NCBI GenBank assembly: GCA_035084275.1
Contig: CM068748.1
Span: forward strand, 16,182,001-16,246,000
Length of the DNA: 64,000 nt
Source of the DNA: Hydrolagus colliei
Taxonomy: Eukaryota
Reading direction: 5' to 3'
Below the pieces are notes generated by a model. That model ran no database searches and was not told where the DNA came from. It saw only the letters and a program-made list of their open reading frames with translations. The first letter of the stretch is position 1; every line of letters starts with the position of its first letter. This document shows, one piece after another, positions 40,000-53,310 of this stretch. Position numbers and translations under genes: made by a program.

Positions 40000-40097
40000 A
40001 AATATACAGCCAATTCACTTTACAGTATATTGTGTGAAGCACTTTGAAACATCGCAACGACATGGTAAGGCACAATTTCAAATGCAAGGATTATTAA
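40000..40097 (+). mobile_element. SINE 3' fragment
   Basis: atacagccaattcactttacagtatattgtgtgaagcacttt...tcaaatgcaaggattatt. Confidence 0.8.
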
Positions 40098-40424
40098 AAT
40101 GAATTTTAAACCATGTCTATTGTTCTATCCTTACAGATTGAGTGCACTTGGAGTAAAAACGGTTTATCTCACACGGGTGGTGTTTCATGTGTATTGTACT
40201 AGCTTCATGTGTCAATGTTGCAACTATAATACTTTTCTACTTTCTCTGCATTGCCAATCACAATATTCTTGCTTCATAACAAATTAGCCATTGAATTCTG
40301 CCACTCTCCCCTTGTACTCATCCTTTCGATTACTTTTGGCCACCTGTTTACCGTTCATCATCTTTCTTTGTGAATTGCCCTAATATTTTGTACTCTAATT
40401 CATATTTGCTGTTTTCTTTTTGCC

Positions 40425-40640
40425 CCACAACAATAACAAATTACAGTTGTATGGTACCTTACACGTCGGGAGGACATCTAAAGGTGTTGGGACAGTCAGG
40501 ACTTGGACCTGAGCTGGGGTTTGAGATCAGGAAGGATGGAAGGCAGGGAGGGTAGAGGTAGGAGGGTGACTGAAGCTGCAGTCAAAGAGGAGGATCTTGA
40601 GGCAGGACTTGAAGGAGGCAAGGGAGGGGCAAGGCAAAGT
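40425..40640 (-). mobile_element. L2 3' UTR fragment
   Basis: Tail plus cacgtcgggaggacatc...gaggaggatcttgaggcaggacttgaaggagg. Confidence 0.8.
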
Positions 40641-41671
40641 AACTTTGGTTAAAATAAAAGTTGCAAAAGGTAGTAAGCTCTCTCAATTGTGGCCTGTCCT
40701 TACTCCTAATCATTTATTCTTTATGAAGGTGTCTGATGGGAACAATAAGCTGTACAAAACATTCCAATAGAGCAATGCTGGAAAATATTACTACAGTAGT
40801 CTGTCAAAATATGGATGCACATTGTAAAACATTGTGAAACAAAATCCACGAGCCTCTACTCAATAGTCCGAGTGAGAACAAGAGCATAAACTTTGGTGAT
40901 TTTTCCAAGGGGCACGATAAGCCACAAAGCATTTTATTGAGGACCATTGGACCATCTTTATAATTCAAGAGAAAATGACTGGAATTAACTCTGTTTCGAG
41001 CAACACTTCCACAAGGGCTGAATGCTGAAAGTGATATCAGTGGAGTAACAGTATGCCGCAAGTCAATGCAAATTCCAACACAAAATTGAAATTTGAACAC
41101 ATTGCTTAGGGGAGAATCTATATTGGGAACATAATATTGTAAAAAAAAATCCTCTTTTCCTTTGCTTCAATGAATAAATAGCAATATGATTCATGGGAAA
41201 TAAAATTCCAATTTCAATTAAATATATCTACGGGGTTTTCATTTAAAAAAATTCAACGTGGCCTATTTGATATAAAAATGTACACAATTTACACTTTACT
41301 TTGTAAAACAGATCCTGATGAATTATCACAGTTGTTTTGTGTGTGATTGGATGAGGGACTGGACACTATCCATTTCCCTGTTAGCTGAATAACTGATTTT
41401 ATTCCTAGTATCCACATCGAACACACAGAATTTTTTAAATTCAGAAACCATTCTTTTTTTTGCAAACAATCATCTTAATATGAAATGCTAGGGACTTTTA
41501 ACCTGTATTGTTTTCAATGTTTAGATAGTTTTAAATGATTTCTAAGGTCGCTAGTAGTTCTATGTCATTTGCAAACTGTCATGATTCCCCAGAAGATAAA
41601 AAAAACCATTTCAGATATGTCTACTGTCGCCAAAAATAGCAATTTAGTTTTGTGTAGATTGAAGTAGATTG

Positions 41672-42030
41672 AAACAATAACAATTTGCATTTATATATTG
41701 TCCTTCAGGTGGGATAACGTCTCAGAGCGCTTTAGTGACGGGACCTGACACCTTGTGAAAAGTGGTTTATGAAATGCAAGGATTATTAATATTATTAAGT
41801 ATGGTCGAAGAAGCAAGACTTCATATGGATCTTCAAACCCAAACAGAAAATCCCTGGCATTCCACATTAAGGTGATTGTTCCCCCCCAAAAAGGGGGAAG
41901 GAGGGGGCAAGGCCAAGATGTTGAGGGAAAGAGTTCCAAAGTTTGAGACATAGCAGATGAAACATGGCTGCCGATGGTTGAGCAGTGGGGACGAAGGACA
42001 AGCAGGAGGCTGGAGCCAGCTGAGCAGACT
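41672..42030 (-). mobile_element. Composite degenerate L2 fragment with an embedded SINE tail
   Basis: L2 tail at about 41675-41735, SINE tail gtgaaaagtggtttatgaaatgcaaggattatt, then KLWNSFPQHLGLAPS (ORF track 41867..42052). Confidence 0.6.
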
Positions 42031-45000
42031 TAATACCTCTTAATGAAGGCATTCAGAGGTATTAGTCTGGATTTTGTTGCTGCTCAATTAATTTTATCGT
42101 ACAATATTTTGGCATTGATCATTAATAATTGATTAAATGATTGAAACCAGTAGAACTAGCTTGCACTGGTTTCAAACTTGCAGCATACTATTTTGGTGAC
42201 CACTTTCTATGCCCTAGATGTTCTGGACAACACACTTTACGAGCGTGAGTAACTACTGTACTTATCTATCATAATAATTCTTAGAATTAGTACAGCAACT
42301 TCCACGTTGGGGAGTACTTTACAAGATTTACTACAAAGTGTAGTGACTGTGTGTTTTATGGGTGAACACGAAAGCAATCAGAGTTGTCCAAGTTTCAAGC
42401 ACAGGTGAGAAACCTTACACAAGCTACACTTTAGAAGTTCTTTGGATAGAAAATACTACTCAAGAAGCGGTAGTAGATTCTTTTGGCAGCTGAATCTCAA
42501 TAATCTGCATCAGTGCAAAAGATCAATGCAGAATACTAGCTGTGAACCTTCACACATTCCTTCTCCTGCCTGTCTTTTCCAGACAGCTTCACTGCTTGAA
42601 ACTCTTGTGCACTGAAATGTTTTTGTAGAGTTAACAATCATAGAAATTATAGTGGAAGAGTCCATTCAATCCATAGAATCTAAATTGGCTCTTCCAATGG
42701 CATTATTATTATTGACTGCCTGGTTTCGCAACAAAATGTAGAATTAATTCTCTATGATAAATTGTGATAAGGCACAATATCAAATGCAAGGATTATTATT
42801 ATTATTATAAAGTAGGCTAAACCAAAATCCCAGCGCTTTTGCTACATCATTAAATAAGAGGAATGCCTGCAACATCAGTTGCTTTGATATACATTTGGAT
42901 AAACATATTTACAGTATTTAAGTATGTTAATTCATTAACAAAGAGCAAATGGCTCATAATACAACCTAAATGTGCAAGCAATGAAAATGACAAAGTGAGG
43001 AAATGGCAGCAAACCAATAATGAAGGAATTAATAAATATGTAATGATGCAAACAATATTTGGTATCAGGCACTCTAAATTTTCACTAACAACACAGCAAC
43101 ATTGTTTGGATATGCAGAACTCTCCTCTCCCTCACCCATACACACATCTACTCCCTCTCACAAACATTTATTTAAATTTTTAATGGGGTTCAGAATTTAT
43201 GTAATAGCTACATTAAGTACTTTAGAGAATAATTTTGTTCTTTTACGTTTAGTTAGAGATTTGAACTTACTACAGTACAGTATTATGATAAAGACAGAGC
43301 TTTCTTACCACCATCTGGTTTAGCAATTATATTAAATAATGCTTGAACTGAAATTTTTCCAAGATTGCTTCTTTCTCAGTACAACATAAAAAGTCATGTC
43401 TGTTCAGCAGGGCATTCAAACTCTGACATTATTTGACAGAGTTTAATGCTTCAAAGCCTAACTGGCTCCATCAAGTAATCACTAATTTGTACAGTGCAGC
43501 TGGACTTAAAACTTATTTTGGAAGAACAGAACCTTTCAACAAGAATAATCCCTGGGTCAAGCGAGTTGTTGTAACACAACTCATATTTTGTCACTGAAAG
43601 CAATAGGCTTATCACAGTGAGTTCACATAATGCCCAGTGCACACACTGTGATTTGGTTTGCTGATCTGGTTAGACTGAAATAAGCAAAGCTGTAAAGAAC
43701 ATTAGTCCATAAAAAAAATCTATTTAACAACTTAAAAAAAGGTTTAAGTACATTTCCCCCTAATGGCTAAATGCCCTGCTCAGAATGGTACTGACCCAGT
43801 CATGTTGGCAAAGTTTGAACTCTAACCAGTCCTGAATTATCTGATGAAACCCATGGTCACAGCTGATGAAAGACCAACACTCGCCACAGAGAAGTTGTCA
43901 ACAGTCTGTCCCAGCTTCTTGGCTGAATGGCTCAGTTGTGAGAGACCAGAGAAGAAATAAGGGCAATGATATAAAATATAATCATGGAGCGTGTATTTAT
44001 TTCTGACTACAGTATTGTGAGTCAGTGAAATAAAGATCTATCCTGAATATGGATTTGATTTGGGTTAAAAATCCCTTTCCAAAATAAGTTTGCAGATGAG
44101 AAGTTTTCAAAGGACATGTCTATATCATCTGGTCTAATGCTGGTGCAATCAGAGCAAGCTGTGAAGAGCAGGACTAGGTGCTAGGAGCAGCACAATGTGA
44201 GTGGGGGGGAGGAGGAGGCTGATGAACCCTGATCTAAGCTTGTACACTAGTATTTATAATGAAGTTTCAGCAGTATTCTAATGAAAAATAATTTGAAAAG
44301 AACCAACAGATATGAATACTTGGAAATTGTATCTGAACATGATACTTTCTAAATACACACAGGCCAATAGCAGCCTTCTAAAGAAGAAAACTTATCTTGG
44401 GGTCCTGAAAATCAAAGATGTACACCTCCCCACCCCTCCTCACACACACACACACAATTTCTTCTCTGGTGAGCTATCAGGTGTTTCCACCTAACAAGCA
44501 GCTCCCTTCTTTCACCAAGTTGATGACTCCTTTTTCATCTCAGATCTCTCGGAGACTCATCAAAAACACAATTTAATTACAGCTCCAAAAAGTGTAAACA
44601 CAACTTCTTTTTATCTTGTGATACATCTGGACAAGTAGACAATGTGCTAAAACAAAATAAATCTGCCCTGACAGTCACATCAAAGGGTTCAGCCAAGGGC
44701 TTGCAGCTACTTAAGACATTGGAATGTTGTTGCTAGGCATCAGTCTGCAACCTATCAACCCCTTAAAGAAGAGCTTTTTTTTACAGTTGGGATGAGAAAA
44801 GTGAGAGAGTGGGAACTAGACAGTAAAAAAAGACTTTGGAATCTCAGGGGGATTTAGAAGCTTAAACTCAGATGAATAAAATTCTTCAGTTTTCCCACCA
44901 AATAAAACTTTGGATTCTTACGGTGAAAGACAAGTTTAGAAACTTGTCGATATTTTCCCAGACGGTAATGCTGTCAGGTTCGAGGGGACACAGTTCTTGT

Positions 45001-45952
45001 TAAAACCATGTACTTGCATGTAAGATCAGATGAGAGACAAGGGGAGATGAACAATGTGCTTTACCCCGCACCACTAGAGACTAATGACTGATGGGAGACA
45101 TGCATTTGTGACTCTTCAAAACCACTTTATCAGTTGAAAGATGAGTTAATGGGCTTATAGCAGCTCAACTGTGATGGAAAAGTTATTGAAAGAAATGGTT
45201 GCACAACATCCTTTGCATTTCCCTGTATTCAAGATGTGAAAGGAAAGTTCTGCTTAGTCGGGCTGGGAGAAGAAAGAATGTAAACAATAGAAACTGGGCT
45301 GGGGATATTATATTGTACTGAAATTTTCAAAGTCTTCAATCTATTTTCAAAAAGTATCTCAAGTATTGCTCTCAACTCACTGCAGGCTACAGGCAAATTA
45401 TTTCAGGATTAGCTGGTGCACAAAGAACAAATTAGTTCAAACACCTGAAATAAAATGGAGGTATGTGTCCTGCCTTTGCTCACTGCTTTTATACACCTAA
45501 GGGAATCCGTCAAACTGCAGAAAATACGAGAAGTCAACTTTTACACAATAAGTTATAGTTTACTATTGAAGCAAGCCCTTTTCACGTACATCAACTTGAC
45601 ATGTGGAGTTAATCCATCTATTTTACTGCCTTTCCACCTCTTAAATTGGGATGGATGCTAATCCAATGCTGAAGACACATTACTCAGTGGAATAAACCGT
45701 CTACAGTTCCAATATTACTGGTGTGTGTGTGTTGGGGGGAGTGGGGGGGGGATTAACATTGCATGCATTAAGAGTAGAAATTACAGGAACTGAGTCTCAG
45801 CTTCCACCAAAAGCCAAGGTAAACACACCTGGTTTCTGGTGCAGCACAAGTCCACACAAACTTCAAAGAGGCTGGTTTGAATTCCCTCTCTATACCAAAT
45901 TAGCCTATTTCATTCAAGGCACCCACCGCTGAATATGAATCAGAGACCTTTT

Positions 45953-46058
45953 CTGGAATAAAAACAGAAATAGCTGGGAACACTCAGCAGGTTCAGGCAG
46001 CACCTATGGAGAAAGTAAAGTGAGTCAACGTTTCGGGTCCACGACCCTTCGTCAGAAG
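45953..46058 (-). mobile_element. Penelope-like terminal repeat fragment carrying a hammerhead core
   Basis: aaaacagaaatagctgggaacactcagcagg...gagtcaacgtttcgggtccacgacccttcgtcag; homologous to three other copies in the window. Confidence 0.8.
46023..46058 (-). ncRNA. Minimal type I hammerhead ribozyme motif (core intact, stem I truncated)
   Basis: CUGACGA-A-GGGUC GUG GACCC-GAAA-CG-UU; stem I has only 2 bp. Confidence 0.6.
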
Positions 46059-47399
46059 CTTTTCTGGGAAGTGTGCATGAAGGGTTACTAGCACAGAGTA
46101 ATTAGTACAAATCGCCTGTTTTTATGCCATATGTAACTCTAGTTACATACACTGAATAAGGACAAAAGAAGCTCAGATTTTATGCTAACTCCCACCACAG
46201 ACCCGACCACCACCCTCTGTAGTTTGCCAAAGCTCACACATGAATAATAGCCGCCTTGGTGAAATAGCTGAAGGTCAAGTTGGAGACACACCTCCAGCTA
46301 AAATCTGAAAAGGAGTTAAAAGAAATACAGGTGAGGAGGAAAAATTGGCAAAAAGAAACACGGTTTAATTAAAAGAAAATAAAGTAATACATTTTTGCTG
46401 CTCGACCATGTTATGGTGTATACGTAATGGAGTAACTTTTCACCTTAGCACAAGTTTAGAGGCAGCTACTTCGATGCAATTGGCATTATTTGGCATAGGA
46501 AACAATCCATTTTACAATGCTGCAAGGTATTAAATCTACCACAAAGCATGAATAGTTGTGTCAAGTGTTTTGGGCTTTTTATATACAGTATATATATATA
46601 CAGATTTTCAGTATTGTTCAGGATGAAAATCTTAAAAATTATGGTTTTTACTCCTACCTTTCTAATCTTGTGACAAGTCAGATGTTGATCACCAATCAAA
46701 AGGAACCAGCAAGGATGGCCCAAACAAAGAGTCTATTGAAATCTCAAAGTGTCGAGCTATTCAGCTTGTAGTTCTTGTCTCTGATTTAACCATATTCAGC
46801 ACAATTTTTTTTGCTGTAAATTAGAAGATCAGCTACTGCAACTCATTTCACTTGTGAGTTTTAACAGCCACTGGTGACAGATGACATCTCTTGCCAGGAT
46901 TTCCTGAGGTGAAATCTCATTATACTACATTGCAATAGTTCTTGCACTATGTTGCTTTTACACTTGGAGTTTGCCTCTGGAAGTAATCTCTGAATGTAAA
47001 ATGTCCAGTTTTTTGGTGCATTATGTTGGGTTAGAGAGCAAATTCCTTTTTGAAAAAGCTCTGTACTGCAGTGACCAGGAAAATATCATTGTATAGGTAC
47101 GGTGAGGACCTCAGACTTGCATGCACGCACGATCCATTATTAAAAAATATTTTTGCAATTTCTACTAAATTACTGTATCAGAACCATGAAAGAAGCCAGA
47201 AGCAAAGTCCGCTGATATTCAGGCTCCCCTGATGTTATCTGGGTGGAGTAAAATTGTATTTTGCAAGTTTAAAATCTGCCATCAATGCAATAAGTGGTAT
47301 GAAGTCGTTCTTGGTGCATTAGTTGTATCAAGATGTTACCTTTAGAAGCCAGAAGCCGTCATAAGGCGCTATATTAAATGCAAGGGTTATTATCGTTAT

Positions 47400-47520
47400 T
47401 TGCCCACAAACTATACAGTAATTTCCCTTTACACTATATTCTATGAACCTCTTTGAGATACTTCAATGTAATGATAAGGTGCTATATCAAATGCAAGCAT
47501 TATGTGTATTAGTATTATTA
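47400..47520 (+). mobile_element. SINE 3' fragment
   Basis: ttgcccacaaactatacagt...gctatatcaaatgcaagcatt. Confidence 0.7.
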
Positions 47521-47780
47521 TTAAAGAACCCATGGCACTATTCAAAAAGAGAAGGGAGTTTTCCCAGTGTCCTGGCCAACAAACCTCCATATAAAAATTG
47601 GTAATTTCCCCCATGTCTGTTTGTGGGACATCATTGTGTGTGTGAAATTGCTATGAGCAAATTGGCTGCCGCCTTCGCCTACAACTATTTAGTCACTGCA
47701 CTTCACAGTAAGTCGCTTTGAGAAGTCCCAATGATGTGAAAAGCCATTAACTCAAATGTAAGGATTATAATTATTATTTA
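47521..47780 (+). mobile_element. Older Deu-SINE (SacSINE1/AmnSINE1-like) fragment
   Basis: aaagaacccatggcactattcaaaaagagaagggagttttcccagtgtcctggccaac...ctgtttgtggga...aaattggctgccg resembles the Deu domain as recalled. Confidence 0.75.
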
Positions 47781-49224
47781 AAGTTCTTTCTTTCATTAGA
47801 ATTTTTTGGCCAAATGATAGCAAAGTGAAACAAATATACCCCACTTACTCTTCTGTGAAGACAAAGATTTATTTTTTCTCAATGTAACTCTGCTTCACTA
47901 GGTTTGATCATTGGTGTTGTGGCTTCAAATAGCACTGAAATAGTAACAACAATTTGTTGCAATCTTGCCCATAGATTGTCAAGGTCAACTTAAAGTCCGA
48001 CTGTCAGTCATGGAGTTAATCAGGTATGTATTTACAATACAAAGGAAATTACCTAATTTTAAATACAGAGGCAGGTTAACAGAATTTATGGATTATTTGT
48101 ATTCAAAACACTATACAGGAGCTCAGCACTGATGCAACATATAATAGTACAATAATTAGTATGATCTGGTATCTTGCATACAATACCTTTATATTTAATA
48201 AATCATTGTGTGATCCACAGTTAGCATTCCTTCAATCAGATATGGATTTTGTTTAATAGTTAAACACAATCGTATTTTTCCTAAAACAGAACTTTGTTTC
48301 TTATCAGGAAATAGCCACAAACGGTCAACTGAGCTACACTAAACCAAAACAGTTTGAGCAAAGTTTCGAGCAGTTGCAATTAAAATAAAATCTAATTTCC
48401 ATGTATAAAGAGATGTAAAACAATAAGTCACAATAAAATACATGAAGAATTAACTTCTGCAGTAATCATCAGAACAAGTTAATCTGGAGCAGTAATTAAC
48501 ATGAAGGCATTCATTTGATGAGAAGCAAAAGCTGCCCCCCTCTCTTGTTAATTTCTCCTTTCCTTAGGAGCAGTCTCAGCTGCAATTGTTCCTCTTCTAG
48601 CACCGCCCCCACACACACATACCATCTTCGTGTAATAGCCTGCCAACACAATCAAATCACACATGGCTTTTGGTCATTTGGGAAATGTACTGGAGGATAC
48701 TTATGGAAACGAAGCCTAGTAGAAGAAGAGAATATGAGTCAAATGCTTTCAAAAGAGTAGGTGAGAGAAGAAAAATTAGCAGAAACAAATTCCACTGTTC
48801 ATATTAGTACCGTGGGTGATAGTGATTTTATTAGTTGCGGTAACCTCTCAAACTCAATACAATTGGAGCCTGTATGCTTTGGAAAGACATTTGTCTAAAA
48901 CAGATGGACATAGGTATTTTTACTTGGAAATGCTGAGGTTGAGTTGCAACATTGTACTGCAGGTTATACGTATGTTCCAGGTTATGCATATGGTCTTTTT
49001 TTGTAAAATATACTTCTCTGCAATTTTTGTTTAAAAAATATAAAAACTGATATACAGTATTTATGATCGCAATTTAATGGTTGATTTGTGTGAAAATTCT
49101 AAAACCGTCATTTATTTTTGCACTGATGATATGAAACTTCCACCAATTATAATCCCAGCATACAGCAGATTGGAAGCATTTAAAGAACATTATTTTTTTC
49201 AGTCAGCAAGTGTAACGACCGTCT

Positions 49225-49555
49225 GGTATTAGTGAGGGGCCAGGTTCAATTTTCAATCTCTGCTGAGTTAGCCGATCTGAGGCTGGGTGACAGTAGACAC
49301 AGTAAAGTTGCCATCAGGCCTGGGTTGAGGAGCTACAGGGCCAAAAATAATCCGCTGATGTTTATTCTCTCTCGAGATCTCTAAACAGTGGCCCCTACTG
49401 GAAGGTGTCCGTGCGTGAAAAGGTTCAACCCATTTTGGCTCCTGACACCTACGAAGATCACTGGGGTGAGGTAAAGGAGAGCTTGCTGGTACTTGTACAT
49501 CCACACCCTAACACCAGTCAATGCCTTCAGCAGAAGAATGGAAGAAAATAAGTAA
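49225..49555 (+). mobile_element. Second-family old SINE-like repeat
   Basis: ccaggttcaatt B-box-like, tgctgagttagccgatct, cagtggcccctactggaag, gtcaatgccttcag. Confidence 0.6.
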
Positions 49556-51815
49556 ATACATTCAATGGTGACAGATTCCAATCAGTCTGTCAGTGTGTCT
49601 TTTTATTCCTAAGAGGAAGGCTGCTCTGTTCACAGACAAGACCGTACTTTTGGTGAAGTTTGTCAATGGGGAACTTTGTGCTTGTAATCTAAGGAATTGT
49701 GAGTCACTGAGGTGTCAATCACAAGATTACAGAATCGGAAATAACAAAGTATTGAAATAACTTACACAAGATTGAAAATGCAGAGTGTTTTTTTCCTAGA
49801 AGTAGAAATGAACCTAGTCTCTGACACTCACGGTTTCCAAGACCTAGAGATTTATCAAAAGAATACATCAACTTGTTAAGGCAACTATTGGCTCACATTA
49901 GTTCTATGAATAATCCAAAGAATGTAAAATGTACTCCCAACAGTAATTACTGGTATAAAAACAAAAAATGAGCATTTTCTTTTATACACCATCCCTGGCA
50001 CTTTTGAATAGATGGCTCTGTAATTTCAGTATGTTTACATAGCTAGTTGCTGTACAAAGTACATGAATAGAATGCATATCTTTTGTACCAAAGAAAAAAA
50101 TGTTAGCAAGGTGTTTTTGCTTCGCAAAAGTAATTCAGAGCATGTTTTTTCAATGATTTACCCGTTCTGCTCGACTGAGCTTGCACTCCATAAAGGGATC
50201 GCATGATAGTTGGTCATAAGTCAAAACTGGCTTAATTTCTACCATGGTATAAAGCAGTAATAATGTACAGTTCGTGTGCAATTTGCTGTTAGACAAGGGC
50301 AGGTTGTGTACAACAGGCAGTTACTGACTCATACCAGTAACCCTGGACTTAATGCAGCTCATGAGGTTGAATTCTGAACACTTAAGTGACCTTGAATCTT
50401 CAATTGTGACTATGCATTTTACCCATTTATACTTGTATATGTAAACACTCATTGAGTGCTTAAACAAGTCAATCGCATTATATTGCCAGGAGCAACTTTC
50501 AATTTCTGGTTTAAGCTGAAAGGCCTCAAACAAGCAAGTCTTGTGTTACAGGATCAAGCTGTCACTGTGAAGTGTAAAAGGGTAGTTTAATAAATCATAG
50601 GAAGTTAAAAAAAAACACTATGTCAGCTGAGTGCATATGTGGGTAGATATTGGTACAGGCCTGCTCAGCTCTCCTCCTCAGGTTAATCCATTTGCTTTTC
50701 ACCATAAAGCATCAGCTGAACCATTTTTTTTAAGTTTAGACTCACAAATTGCAAATTTTGTTATTAAAAGCTTTCTTGGCTGAAGAGAACACTGCCAAAA
50801 TGATTGAAGCAAAACATAGCTGTGAGAGCTCATTTTTAAGTATACAAACACCCATCTTCTCCACCACCTCCAAGCTGGTTCGAGGGCTAATTGTCAACCT
50901 CAAAAATAGCTTGAAGATCATTTCAAATCCACAGCCTCTGACGAACATACTTAAGTTTCTAATTGCAAAAACATTCTAGATGAACGGGTGCAAGCACGTT
51001 TAATGGAGGAAGGGACATAAATTATTGAAAAACCAACACCAAAGAAAACAGAAAACTCATCAGAAATATGGCACATGTCACAAGACAGTCTAACACATCC
51101 TTGTTATTCACATAATCAAACTCCCTCTGGTTTCTCTGGTTAATAATAATGTTTTAAATGTTATACTAGGCTGTAATTGTAGCCCTCTGCTGAGTCTGCT
51201 CAAGTATATATGAGACTCATTTATCTAGAGCTAGTAACTACAAATCAGTTCTTCAGAAACACTTCTGCTATTAAATTGTTTCATCTCATCGAGCTTCACT
51301 TTCACATCAAACAATAAATCAAGAAGTCTTTGTTATTATAGACCTCCATGAGTGCCACTCCAGAAAGCAATGGATTGTGCATATATGTAATCCTGACTGC
51401 ATAAACAGCAGGATCATTGCAGGCTGAAATACCTTCATATTAGCTGCAGTGCAGCTGCTGGAACACAAACCTCTGATGGATATCTCATTTACTACGCAAG
51501 GCATCTATTTCTGGCAAATTATTACCACATAAATTTCTTGTCAACAGAAACGGCCAATTAATTAAGTTAAAAATTTACTTTGGATCACATCTACAAACCA
51601 AAGTGAAGTGTAAGGCAATTTCCAGTCAGCAAAGTACCTTGGGTCAGTTTAATAAATTATTTTTAACTCTGTCACTTACCAAAGACAAGTTAATAACTGT
51701 ATATGTCTGACAGCAAGGCAGATGTTAACCTAAAATGTGCAAAACTCGGAGTTTTTGTTTACCACTTTATTTTGCAGAGCAGAAGTAAAATGCTGGACTG
51801 GACAAACCAAGTAAA

Positions 51816-51878
51816 TACAACAATAACAAAATTACATTTATAGAGCACCTTTCATGTCGGGAGGACGTTCCAAGGCAT
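51816..51878 (-). mobile_element. L2 tail-only fragment
   Basis: acaacaataacaaaattacatttatagagcacctttcatgtcgggaggacgttccaaggc. Confidence 0.85.
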
Positions 51879-52994
51879 CCAAATAAGCAGAAGGGACTTT
51901 GTTTTCCTCATTAAATAGCACCTTCCCTGGTACTGTCCTGTACCAGTACAGAAGAAACAAACGGTGAAATATAAGAATTATCCGAGCAACCAACAATGTT
52001 AAACTTTAGAATCACATGGAAGTTCAGTGTCAGTAAACCTCTGACCAAGTTCAAAGAACACTGTCCTGTTTCTGTCACCTTTAAATATACCTCAAATGGA
52101 GAATAATTATTGCATCCTTTGCAAATTCTACGTTCCGTTTCCTATAGTGGTTAGCTCTATCTGCGAGAAGCCAAGAGAGAAGCCATCTGGTTTGAAATAT
52201 GTCACAGATCTTTGGTCAGCTAAACTTTTTGCCTCAATTATATTATGTCAAACAATCAAGTAACAAGTCACATTGCTTTTTTATATATAAGCTAATAAAT
52301 ATTCAAGAGTATTATCAGTGACCTCTTTCCCTTTCAATAAGACACATTTTTGGTGGATTACAAAGCAACGTTATCCACTAGGCCTCGGGCCAGATTGAGT
52401 CCTGCATGTGTAAATGTTGTCTCCCACACGGCCTCCCAGCCTGGTGATAAATCAAGGAGAGTGTCACAGTACACTCAGTTACTGTGCGTCATTGGAGAGA
52501 GCAGGAAGCGTTGGGGGTGTAATACTGTCCATCAAACTAATATATTATATCAGTAGCTTTGTAATCTACTCTAGTAAGTTATGGGAACTGACACCAAGAA
52601 ATGATGTTTTTGGGCAATGTGTTCATCAAAACACAGCAATCAATCCAAATCTGGTCTTTAGAGCAATTCAGCTGTTTATTGCTGTCGAACTGTGAAAAGT
52701 CGTATTAGTGCCATTGTATTGTATAGATTCATCCCCGTACCTACTCTAACTGGAGATTTACCAGCTGTAATATTATTAAAGTTTTTATTTAAAGAAACAC
52801 AAGTTTCAAAGTGACAGTATCCGTTCTGCTAAATATAAGGTCAAGCACACTGACCTCTGGAAGGATGCTCCAGTGTGTAAAACAAAAGGTCTTTGTTGTT
52901 AATTTAACCGGTTACATTAATCAAAACATGAAAGCTGCGCTTTTGTCAACTTTATTTTTTGGTAAAAAACATTTTGTAAAAAAACAAATCCTAA

Positions 52995-53310
52995 GGCAGA
53001 CTGACGAGGATGGTCCCAAGTTTGATCTCCAGACTGCGCTGTGTAAATTGATCTCATCCAGAGGAGGCATAATAATTTTGCTACAGTTGGCCTCAGTGCC
53101 CTTGGGCTAGAGAAGGGAAAACATTCTGTGCCTGTGAGGATGTTGAGCAGAATGAGGCTCAGGAGGGATACCTCCCGAGGTTAAATCGCCTCCTTACAAT
53201 CTCTTAAACTCACACCTGCAATTGGTGAGGTACTGGAAGGTGCACAGTGCTTTAGACCTGCCAATGGCCGTAAAGAGGGAAAGGGCTGTACAAGAAAATA
53301 GAAAAGATTC
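52995..53310 (+). mobile_element. Second-family old SINE-like repeat
   Basis: ggtcccaagtttgatctcc...ctacagttggcctcagtgcccttgggctagagaaggg...ggtgaggtactggaagg. Confidence 0.6.

Noticed and set aside
42141-42175. 11-bp hairpin ttgaaaccagt/actggtttcaa, and an imperfect one at 27201-27284
   Set aside because: Short stems with no supporting context; no function can be inferred.
49453-49507. Minus-strand exon-like segment GVDVQVPASSPLPHPSDL with tag|...|gtaggt
   Set aside because: It lies within the antisense strand of an old SINE-like copy (49225-49555) and the splice sites are weak.
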